Of a stretch of 64,000 nucleotides of DNA, positions 28,267 through 35,642 are shown in pieces; within the stretch, counting starts at the first letter, position 1, and the number at the start of each line of letters is the position of its first letter. Location: positions 12,280 through 76,279 of the forward strand of contig JAZTXG010000013.1 in the NCBI GenBank assembly GCA_045636365.1. The letters are read 5' to 3'. The position numbers were made by a program, and so were the translations under genes. Under the pieces are notes generated by a model. It was not told the DNA's origin and did not search any database. It saw nothing but the letters and a program-made list of their open reading frames with translations. Source of the stretch: Eubacteriales bacterium (lineage in GTDB: Bacteria; Bacillota; Clostridia; Oscillospirales; QAKW01).

Positions 28267-28971
28267 TTGAAAAAGGATTTTTGGCAAGGGTTGAAAGCCG
28301 GTTTGCCGGTGGGGCTGGGTTATTTTTCGGTCTCCTTTGCCTTTGGCGTGGCGGCGGTGCAGAGCGGGCTGACGGTTCTGAGCGCGGTATTGATCTCGCT
28401 GACCAATCTCACCTCGGCAGGGCAGCTGGCGGGGCTTTCGGTCATCGCGGCGGCAGGCAGCCTGCTTGAGATGGCAGCCACTCAGTTTGTCATCAACCTG
28501 CGGTATGCGCTGATGTCCACCTCCCTTTCCCAAAAATTAGACCATAGCGTCACGATGCTTGAGCGAATGATTTTATCCTTCGGTGTGACCGATGAGAATT
28601 TTGCCATCGCGGTCAATAAGGAAGGTACCGTTACCGCGCCCTATTTCTATGGGCTGATGACCCTGCCCATCCTTTGCTGGACCGGCGGCACCTTCTTTGG
28701 CGCGGCGGCGGGCGAGATTTTGCCCGCAGCGGTGCTTTCGGCGCTGGGGGTGGCAATCTACGGAATGTTTGTCGCCATTGTTTTGCCGGTGGCAAAAAAG
28801 AGCCTGGCGGTGGCGCTGGTGGCGCTTTTGGCGATGGCGCTTTCCTGCTGCTTTGCTTGGGTGCCGTTTTTGAATCCGGTGTCGAGCGGGTTTGCCATCA
28901 TCATCAGCGCGGTGGTCGCCGCGGCGGCGGGCGCGTTCTTCTTCCCTGTGCGAGAGGAGGATGAGCAATGA
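28267..28971 (+). CDS. azlC: AzlC-family branched-chain amino acid exporter subunit
   Basis: TTG start after AAGGGGGA. 234-aa polytopic protein with N-terminus GLKAGLPVGLGYFSVSFAFG, typical of AzlC. Followed by an overlapping small azlD-like gene. Confidence 0.8.
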   Translation: MKKDFWQGLKAGLPVGLGYFSVSFAFGVAAVQSGLTVLSAVLISLTNLTSAGQLAGLSVIAAAGSLLEMAATQFVINLRYALMSTSLSQKLDHSVTMLERMILSFGVTDENFAIAVNKEGTVTAPYFYGLMTLPILCWTGGTFFGAAAGEILPAAVLSALGVAIYGMFVAIVLPVAKKSLAVALVALLAMALSCCFAWVPFLNPVSSGFAIIISAVVAAAAGAFFFPVREEDEQ

Positions 28972-29276
28972 GGTTATTTTTCTATGTTCTGGTGATGGCG
29001 GGGGTGACCTACCTGATTCGGATGCTGCCGATGATCATCTTCAAAAAGAAGATCCAAAACCGCTTGATCCGTTCTTTCCTGTATTATATTCCCTACGCAG
29101 TGTTGGCGGCGATGACTTTCCCCGCCATTCTGGAATCCACCGCATCGCCCCTCTCGGCGGCGGTGGGCTTGCTGGCGGCGCTGGTGATCGCTTATCTCGA
29201 TTGGGGGCTGTTGCCCACCGCGCTTTTCGCCTGCGCGGGAGTATTTCTCTGCGAGTTGCTGATGAAATTCATATAA
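28968..29276 (+). CDS. azlD: AzlD-family small membrane subunit
   Basis: 102 aa with 3-4 TM segments. Start overlaps the azlC stop by 4 nt. Confidence 0.75.
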   Translation: MRLFFYVLVMAGVTYLIRMLPMIIFKKKIQNRLIRSFLYYIPYAVLAAMTFPAILESTASPLSAAVGLLAALVIAYLDWGLLPTALFACAGVFLCELLMKFI

Positions 29277-29309
29277 AAAGCAGATGGGCAAAGCCCATCT
29301 GCTTTTTTG

Positions 29310-29915
29310 TTATTTGTCCTCTTTATCAAATGCGGGGTTGATGCGGTAGTAGTTCTTGCTGTCCAGATGCCTGCGGACTTGCCCCAGGGCTTCGCCGAAG
29401 CGTTGGAAATGGTTAATTTCGCGCTGCCGCAGGAACTTGATGGGATCCCGAACATCGGGGTCGCGGATCAGCCGCAGCAGGTTATCATAGGTGGTCCTTG
29501 CCTTTTGCTCGGCGCCCATATCTTCAAAAAGATCGGTGATGGGGTCGCCTTTGGATTGGAACACCGTCGCGCTGAAAGGCTCGCCGCTGGCCGCCTGAGG
29601 CCAGATGCCGGCGGTATGGTCCACATAGTAATCGGCAAAGCCCTGCGCCTGAATTTCATCGGCGGAAAGACCGCGCAGCAGCTGGCGAACGATGGTGGAA
29701 ACGATTTCCATATGGGCAAGTTCCTCGGTGCCGATGTCTGTCAGCGTGGCGGCAACTTCGCTATAGGGCATGGCGTACCGCTGGGAGAGATAGCGCAGGG
29801 ATGCGCCGATCTCGCCATCGGGGCCGCCGAATTGGCTCATAATGACTTTCGCCAATTTGGCATCGGGCTTTTTAATGTCGACAGGGTATTGCAACCGTTT
29901 TTGATAAGTCCACAT
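29310..29915 (-). CDS. cotJC: Spore coat protein CotJC (manganese-catalase family)
   Basis: MWTYQKRLQYPV...GGPDGEIGASLRYLSQRY...EELAHMEIV is the CotJC/Mn-catalase signature. Confidence 0.88.
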   Translation of the reverse strand: MWTYQKRLQYPVDIKKPDAKLAKVIMSQFGGPDGEIGASLRYLSQRYAMPYSEVAATLTDIGTEELAHMEIVSTIVRQLLRGLSADEIQAQGFADYYVDHTAGIWPQAASGEPFSATVFQSKGDPITDLFEDMGAEQKARTTYDNLLRLIRDPDVRDPIKFLRQREINHFQRFGEALGQVRRHLDSKNYYRINPAFDKEDK

Positions 29916-29918
29916 CGA

Positions 29919-30170
29919 TTATTTCCCTCCTTCCCAGGGCCAAGGGCCTTCCGCCCACGCCCAGTGGTCGCCCATCGCGCCGTTTTCGGGGCTCAGGGGG
30001 CCGTATTTGGATTGATATGCGTCCATGGCTTCGCGATAAAGCTTGGCTTTTTGGCGATAGAATTCCAGCGCCTCGCGGCTATTGGGATGGGTGTTCAAAA
30101 AGAGGCGGGCATCATCCAAGGCAAAGCCGTTGGTATAGACCGCGTTCATGGCTCGTTCTCGGTCGGTCAT
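29919..30170 (-). CDS. cotJB: Spore coat protein CotJB
   Basis: 83 aa. Motif FALDDARLFLNTHPN..ALEFY is typical of CotJB. Lies between cotJA and cotJC. Confidence 0.85.
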   Translation of the reverse strand: MTDRERAMNAVYTNGFALDDARLFLNTHPNSREALEFYRQKAKLYREAMDAYQSKYGPLSPENGAMGDHWAWAEGPWPWEGGK

Positions 30171-30415
30171 TGATGCGCACCTCCTTCAAAGGGCAGGTCC
30201 AACTGCCGAAAGAGTGTCCCGCGGTGCAGCGCTTCGTCCGCAGGGTAAAGGGACGCCCAAGGCTGGGAAAGCACATACGCCATCGCCAGAACCTGATTGC
30301 CTGCGTCCATCGGCGGTTGGGCAGGGTGCGGCGGAGGGCATTGGGGCTTGGGCGGAAGATCCGATTGATATCGGAGCGGCGGGCTCAAAAGGTCCCGCAG
30401 ATCAAAATCATCCAT
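30167..30415 (-). CDS. cotJA: Spore coat-associated protein CotJA
   Basis: Start at MDDFD, with AGGAGA 8 nt upstream. Motif LAMAYVLSQPW..LY...AL.RGTLFRQLDLPF. Confidence 0.8.
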   Translation of the reverse strand: MDDFDLRDLLSPPLRYQSDLPPKPQCPPPHPAQPPMDAGNQVLAMAYVLSQPWASLYPADEALHRGTLFRQLDLPFEGGAHQ

Positions 30416-30705
30416 AGTGGTTTCTCCTTTCGTTTTTTCCGGAGTGTTGAACACTCTTTTTATTCTACGAAATTTCGGGGAAAAGGTGCGAAAAATCCTG
30501 TTTACATTCGGTTTTAAATATGATATAATATCCGCAAAGCATATCTGCGATAATTATTGACAACGACATTGCGGATATTATAAGATGTCCAATTTTCTCG
30601 CCTGCGTGGCAGGCAACCGAAAATGATGGACAATTATATCAAAATGCGTTGCATTTATGATATAATATTAGAAGAATAAAATCTCTTTGAAAGGAGTTTT
30701 GCAAT

Positions 30706-31005
30706 ATGGCAGCTCAAAAAGAAAAATTGCCCTTTACTATGTATAAAGGATATCCTCTGGTCCGCAGCGGAAATAATATTTACTATGGAGATCCCAAGGA
30801 TCCTTATGTGATCTTTATCAGTATTCTGGCGACCGACGGTTCCGCCGAGGAGATCCCCACCAAGGTTTCGGTGGAATTGCTTTCCACCGACGAGAGTGTT
30901 TCCATCTTTGAGCGTTCTCAGAAGCGCGGCGAGAAATCCAGCCTCTATGAAGCGCTGGATATCGGCCAGATCTGGCTGCAGCGCGCGCTTTCCAAGAAAG
31001 GCTGA
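30706..31005 (+). CDS. Hypothetical protein (99 aa)
   Basis: AAAGGAG RBS. No family recognised. Confidence 0.55.
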   Translation: MAAQKEKLPFTMYKGYPLVRSGNNIYYGDPKDPYVIFISILATDGSAEEIPTKVSVELLSTDESVSIFERSQKRGEKSSLYEALDIGQIWLQRALSKKG

Positions 31006-31010
31006 TTGCG

Positions 31011-31541
31011 ATGAGCTTGATCTTTAAACTGCTGGGTGCCATTTTAAATGGCAGCGCATTTAAGATTTTGCTGGTGATCGGGCTTACGTGGCTGGGGCTG
31101 AATATGATCTGCTGGGTGCTGGGCGGCATCGGCCTGCGTTCGCTGGGGCGCAAGGCAGGGGTTTATCCCCTTTATACCGCCTGCTATCCCAATGGGCAGA
31201 TCTATTATACCCTGCGGCTGACTCATAAGGAGCGGCTCGCCCGCCGCACCGCCTGGCTGATCTGGTGGTCGCTGGTGTTGGTGGCGCTTAGTTTGGCTTG
31301 CTTGATCTGGGCGGCAGTCTTTCATCTGCAGGCGATCCACCCTCTTTGGGGGATGCTTTTGGTGATGGTCGCTGCCTTGGCGCTGATGATCGCGTTGATC
31401 TTCTATATAGGGATGCGGATGCTGGAATTTCAGGCGCTCCATAAGCTTCTGAAAAATAAAGCGGTCTTGACCGTCTGCGCCATCGGAACCATCTTTGCGG
31501 TTCCTCTGCAGCGCATTTTCTTATTCATAAAAAGTCGATAA
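31011..31541 (+). CDS. Hypothetical membrane protein (176 aa, ~4-5 TM)
   Basis: Hydrophobic segments are readable. Followed by the terminator hairpin aaacagtaaattttt/aaaaatttactgttt (31550-31586). Confidence 0.55.
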   Translation: MSLIFKLLGAILNGSAFKILLVIGLTWLGLNMICWVLGGIGLRSLGRKAGVYPLYTACYPNGQIYYTLRLTHKERLARRTAWLIWWSLVLVALSLACLIWAAVFHLQAIHPLWGMLLVMVAALALMIALIFYIGMRMLEFQALHKLLKNKAVLTVCAIGTIFAVPLQRIFLFIKSR

Positions 31542-31655
31542 AAGAAGAAAAACAGTAAATTTTTAAAAAATTTACTGTTTTTTTGTTTTTAAATGTTGAC
31601 AGAGCAACAAAAAAATATTATTATAGAAAAAGCGCAAGAAAGGGTGGAGAACGAT

Positions 31656-32108
31656 ATGGATATGGTACGTAGATATGAAGCCTTTGCAGGCTCGATTGCG
31701 AAGATTTATCGCAGTATTCAAAAAATTGAAAACGAAGAGATGAAGAAATATGATCTGAAGGGCGCCTTTGCCCAATACCTTGTTGTGATGGATCGGTACC
31801 CCGAAGGGATCACCCCCACCGAGCTTTATGATGTTACCGGCAAGGATAAGGCGATCGTCTCCCGCGCGGTCTCGGAAATGATCGAGAAAGGGTTGATCAC
31901 CAAGCCCAATGTTCCGGGATACCGTGTTCCCTTATTTCTGACCGAGAAGGGGAAGGAAGCGGCAAAATATGTCAGCGAACGCGCCACTCTGGTGGTGAAA
32001 AAGGCGGCGGTCCATATCGGCGAAAAGCAGCTGGACGGCTTTTATAAGCGGCTGGAAATGTTGGGCGATAACCTGCACGAATTGAGCAAAAGCGGCGTGG
32101 AAGAATAA
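31656..32108 (+). CDS. MarR-family transcriptional regulator
   Basis: Start at MDMVRRYE, after AAGGGTGGAG. Winged-HTH region ITPTELYDVTGKDKAIVSRAVSEMIEKGLI. Confidence 0.75.
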   Translation: MDMVRRYEAFAGSIAKIYRSIQKIENEEMKKYDLKGAFAQYLVVMDRYPEGITPTELYDVTGKDKAIVSRAVSEMIEKGLITKPNVPGYRVPLFLTEKGKEAAKYVSERATLVVKKAAVHIGEKQLDGFYKRLEMLGDNLHELSKSGVEE

Positions 32109-32151
32109 AAAAATGACCTCATAAATGAGGTCATTTTTTGTTTTTGTTTCA

Positions 32152-32397
32152 TTATGCAGTGTAGCCGGCGATGTTCATAGCGATGACGCAGATGCAGATC
32201 AATACAGACAGCAAAATGGTGATCTTATTCAGAACAGCATCGCGGGAACGATTCTTATTTTTGCTGAAATAGCTATCAGCATCGGAACCGCCTGCCATAG
32301 CGCCCAAGCCCTGAGACTTGCCCTGCTGGATCGATACACATACAATGATTGCGACAGCCAAAACCAAAATCGCAGAACCAAAGATATATAAAGCCAT
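32152..32397 (-). CDS. secG: Preprotein translocase subunit SecG
   Basis: About 81 aa with two TM segments and a central QQGKSQGLGAMAGG motif. Confidence 0.8.
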   Translation of the reverse strand: MALYIFGSAILVLAVAIIVCVSIQQGKSQGLGAMAGGSDADSYFSKNKNRSRDAVLNKITILLSVLICICVIAMNIAGYTA

Positions 32398-32694
32398 TAT
32401 TTTTCCCAACCTTTCGTCTATTAAAATTCCATATAAGCGTAGTCTATTTTATCATAAGAAACGTAAAAAAGCAAGCCCTAATTTTATTGTTGACAAGGAA
32501 ACAAAATAATCTGAGGCAACCTTGTCGAAAAAAGGTTATAAACAGGGAAAATGACGGTAAAATGCGGAAAATCGGTGCAAAAGTGCCGAGTTTTTCACAT
32601 TATGCACAGAGTTGTGAACAACTTTTATGTAAACAAGCGGATAAATTATGTAAACAAAGCGCTGAAAAAAGCTAAAATTTTTTCGAAAAAACTC

Positions 32695-32723
32695 TTTACA
32701 AAACGCAACTTCTCCATTATAAT
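32695..32723 (+). promoter_or_regulatory. Sigma-A-type promoter for tRNA-Thr
   Basis: TTTACA (32695-32700), 17 nt spacer, TATAAT (32718-32723), about 30 nt upstream of the tRNA. Confidence 0.55.
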
Positions 32724-32753
32724 GAATAGGCACATTTCAAGAAAATCAAATAT

Positions 32754-32829
32754 GCTGCTATAGCTCAGTCGGTAGAGTGCATCCTTGGTAAGGATGAGGT
32801 CACCAGTTCAAATCTGGTTAGCAGCTCCA
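32754..32829 (+). tRNA. tRNA-Thr (anticodon GGU), CCA encoded
   Basis: Hand-folded cloverleaf: acceptor gctgcta/tagcagc, anticodon arm catcc-ttGGTaa-ggatg, T-arm caccagttcaaatctggt. Confidence 0.9.
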
Positions 32830-33011
32830 TATTGAAGGATCGCTCCAATTGGGGCGGTTTTTCTTTTTTTACGAAGGCTGGTGACCTCATCCCACGCGAA
32901 GCGTGCATTTAGATCCGTCGCTTTGCCGAAGGCAAATGCGATCACCAGTTCAAATCTGGTTAGCAGCTCCATATTGAAGGATCGCTCCAATCGGGGCGGT
33001 TTTTCTTTTTT
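32801..33011 (+). repeat. Direct duplication (69-70 nt, 1 mismatch) of the tRNA-Thr 3' end plus its downstream terminator: 32801-32870 and 32943-33011
   Basis: Both copies read caccagttcaaatctggttagcagctccatattgaaggatcgctccaat(t/c)ggggcggtttttctttttt. The intervening 72 nt carries an inverted 15-mer (32878-32892) complementary to tRNA positions 32792-32806. Confidence 0.9.
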
Positions 33012-33121
33012 AAAATTTCATTTCCTCCGGTTCCATTATATACCGCTATACATTTTGTTTTCTTGGTGTTATAATGAGGTTGTCATAGCTAAGACGAATC
33101 TATTTAAGGAGGATTTTAATT

Positions 33122-33181
33122 ATGTGTTTTAATATTTTGAGTCAGATTTTCGAATTTGTTCTCAGCTGTTTTGGCTGTTAA
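33122..33181 (+). CDS. Candidate 19-aa hydrophobic Cys-rich micropeptide MCFNILSQIFEFVLSCFGC
   Basis: AAGGAGG lies 8 nt upstream of the ATG. An extended -10 (tgttataat) sits at 33067-33075. Hairpin gaggctccgg-taat-ccggagcctc (33188-33211) lies 7 nt after the stop. Confidence 0.45.
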   Translation: MCFNILSQIFEFVLSCFGC

Positions 33182-33324
33182 ATTATATGAGGCTCCGGTA
33201 ATCCGGAGCCTCTACATATTTATAGAGCAATATTTTTAGGTATAAAAGAAGTTAGTTGATTTTATTTTCATTTAGTAGTATAATCTTCATAATATAGTAA
33301 ATATCCAAAACGGGGGCGGAAATT

Positions 33325-34674
33325 ATGCTTGAAAAGATTTTTAAGTTAATAGAGGATAACAAGGCTCTAATTCTTGCGGCTGAAAGCGACATCAAGGGTA
33401 TGCCGGAGCTTGCTTTCCAAGAATGGAAAACGCACGCTTATATGAAGGAGCGTTTTGAAAAGCTGGGGTATTCGCTGTTTGAACCCGGTGATATTCCGGG
33501 CTTTTATACCGATGTTGAAACGGGCAGACCGGGCCCTAAAATTGCTGTTTTCGGTGAGCTTGACGCGTTGCCTTGCCCCAACCATCCCTTGGCTGATAAG
33601 GCGACCGGCGCGGCGCACGCTTGCGGGCACAACTGCCAGTGTGCTGCTCTTTTAGGGCTTGCGGCGGCTTTGAGAAATGAAGAGGTACTCGAAGGACTTT
33701 GTGGTTCGATTCGGCTGATTGCTGTCCCTGCAGAAGAGGGTGTCGATGCCGCAATGCGCGAAAAACTAAGAGAGAATAACACTGTTCGATATTTTTCCGG
33801 CAAACCCGAATTTCTTTATCGCGGCTATTTGGATGGCGTGGATATCGCAATGATGATTCACGCGAGTTCTAAAACAAAAGGGATGTCTTGCCCTGATGGT
33901 TCAAACGGTAATATGCGCAAGAAAACTACCTTTATAGGAAAGGCTGCCCATGCGGGGGGTGAACCGCATAATGGGGTAAACGCTCTTTATGCCGCAACCA
34001 CCGCTCTTTCTGCGGCGAATGCGCTGCGTGAGACTTTTAAGGAAAAGGACGCAGTCCGTATGCACCCCATTCTTTCTAATGCGGGAAGTGCGGTCAATAC
34101 GATTCCCCACGAAGTGGTATGCGAGAATATGATTCGCGGTGCCGATTACCGTGTGATCTCCGATATCAGCCGAAAGGTGAACCGCGCGTTTGCGGGCGCG
34201 GCGGCATCGATGGGATGCCGAATCGTATTTGATGATATTTGCGGCTCCGCACCGCGGTATAACGACCGCAATCTTAAAGATATATTTTATAAGGTGGCAG
34301 GCGAAATTTTCCCTATCGAAGATATAGATTTTCAAGCAGAGTGGGGAAAGGCATGCAGTGATATGGGGGATATCTCTAATGTTATACCGTCCATTCATCC
34401 CTTTATCGGTGGTGCGAGCGGGGTGGCACACAGCGAAAACTTTATGATAACCGACCCGTATGTCGCATGTGTGAATGCGGCAAAGGTGCTGGGCGGGGTG
34501 CTGACCGTTCTGCTCTCGGACGACGGTAAAGAGGCAAGGAAAGTCATTGCTGAAAGCAAAGTGCCGTTTGAATCGAAAGAAGCATTTTTTGAGGTCAAGG
34601 ATTCTTTGAATTTTCAAGGTGAAGGTGTAATTTATAACGAGGATGGGACCGCAACCTTAAAATATTGCCGTTAA
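33325..34674 (+). CDS. M20-family metallo-amidohydrolase/peptidase (AbgB/amidohydrolase-like)
   Basis: 449 aa with motif AHACGHNCQ. Promoter TTGATT-17-TATAAT upstream (about 33285-33313). Confidence 0.75.
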   Translation: MLEKIFKLIEDNKALILAAESDIKGMPELAFQEWKTHAYMKERFEKLGYSLFEPGDIPGFYTDVETGRPGPKIAVFGELDALPCPNHPLADKATGAAHACGHNCQCAALLGLAAALRNEEVLEGLCGSIRLIAVPAEEGVDAAMREKLRENNTVRYFSGKPEFLYRGYLDGVDIAMMIHASSKTKGMSCPDGSNGNMRKKTTFIGKAAHAGGEPHNGVNALYAATTALSAANALRETFKEKDAVRMHPILSNAGSAVNTIPHEVVCENMIRGADYRVISDISRKVNRAFAGAAASMGCRIVFDDICGSAPRYNDRNLKDIFYKVAGEIFPIEDIDFQAEWGKACSDMGDISNVIPSIHPFIGGASGVAHSENFMITDPYVACVNAAKVLGGVLTVLLSDDGKEARKVIAESKVPFESKEAFFEVKDSLNFQGEGVIYNEDGTATLKYCR

Positions 34675-34714
34675 ATATAAATGAGGCTCCGAAAAATCGG
34701 AGCCTCTTCTATAT

Positions 34715-35059
34715 TCATAATAATATACAAAGTAATACTCCCGCAAGGATGCAGCAACCGCCGATGATGAGCTTGGTTTTGTTTAGTTTCGGCGCTTTCT
34801 TGCGGTTTCTTTTTTCAATTTCGGTTGTGTCTTTTTCTAGGGTTTTGAGGATTTCTAATTCTTTATAGCAATATATCGCGCTGCCGATTATATATAAACC
34901 GAATAAAAAGAAAAGTGGCATTACAGTAATCAGCGCCAGAATACTACTTTCGTTAAAAAGTGCAATATAGGAAAAAACCATTACCCAACAGACTGCAAAA
35001 ATGGAAATAAAAGTATCTAATATTTCGATGGTGGACATCTTTTGTGTTTTTTTAGACAT
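34715..35059 (-). CDS. Hypothetical small membrane protein (114 aa)
   Basis: Start at MSKKTQKM, with GGAGGAT upstream. Three to four hydrophobic segments. Confidence 0.5.
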   Translation of the reverse strand: MSKKTQKMSTIEILDTFISIFAVCWVMVFSYIALFNESSILALITVMPLFFLFGLYIIGSAIYCYKELEILKTLEKDTTEIEKRNRKKAPKLNKTKLIIGGCCILAGVLLCILL

Positions 35060-35156
35060 TATTATGGATCCTCCAAGTTTTTTACTTATTATAACATAGA
35101 TCATTGCGTGGCGCAATGAAAAATCAAAAGAAAATCCGGCTCATCAGAGCCGGATT

Positions 35157-35309
35157 TTAAAGTTTGAGGTCTTCACTCCATCCTCGGGTGATTTTGACAT
35201 CGTCGTCCTGCGGGATAGTCACTTTGGCTTCCTTGGTCTTATGATCCGGTTGAAGCATCGGTAACGTGTAGTAATAGGGGACAATATCTTTCTTTTCTTT
35301 GGATTTCAT
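35157..35309 (-). CDS. Hypothetical small protein (50 aa), below the ORF-track cutoff
   Basis: Own translation: MKSKEKKDIVPYYYTLPMLQPDHKTKEAKVTIPQDDDVKITRGWSEDLKL. GGAGGA lies 7 nt upstream. Terminator aaaatccggctc-atca-gagccggatttt follows directly. Confidence 0.45.
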   Translation of the reverse strand: MKSKEKKDIVPYYYTLPMLQPDHKTKEAKVTIPQDDDVKITRGWSEDLKL

Positions 35310-35369
35310 TTTGAGTTCCTCCAAAGATAGTGTATGATGCGCGGGGGCGATAATACGTTGAAATTCTTG

Positions 35370-35627
35370 TCAAATGTGGCCAATATCTACAGTTTCGATT
35401 TTGGTGGTATCTTCGGGGATCAGAGAATCATCAAAATGAATGTTGACATTTTCTTTTTCCAAACGATTTTGCAGAATCGAAACATCAATATCGGTAATTG
35501 CTTTTTCGGTGTCGATGGCTTGGGAAACCGCAGCTCCTGCCGCCTGGCCTGTCAGGATCGCGGGCGGGATGACGCGAAGAACGTCCCAGCCGTATCCTTC
35601 GCCGCTGGCGCAACGGCTACATCGTAA
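35370..35627 (-). pseudogene. Start-less C-terminal fragment of an FAD-dependent oxidoreductase
   Basis: Own translation, open from a stop codon to TGA at 35370-35372, with no Met: LRCSRCASGEGYGWDVLRVIPPAILTGQAAGAAVSQAIDTEKAITDIDVSILQNRLEKENVNIHFDD... The motif R.IP....TGQAAG.A is typical of FAD-oxidoreductase C-termini. Confidence 0.45.
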
Positions 35628-35642
35628 TTAGAATGCAGCATT

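Noticed and set aside
29307-30173. 288-aa plus-strand ORF
   Set aside because: It is antisense to cotJC/cotJB, whose products carry clear family signatures.
32808-33132. Track ORFs 32808-32990 (minus strand, 60 aa) and 32881-33132 (plus strand, 83 aa)
   Set aside because: They read across the tRNA 3'-end duplication and terminators, have no RBS, and their sequences mirror the repeat. They are non-coding.
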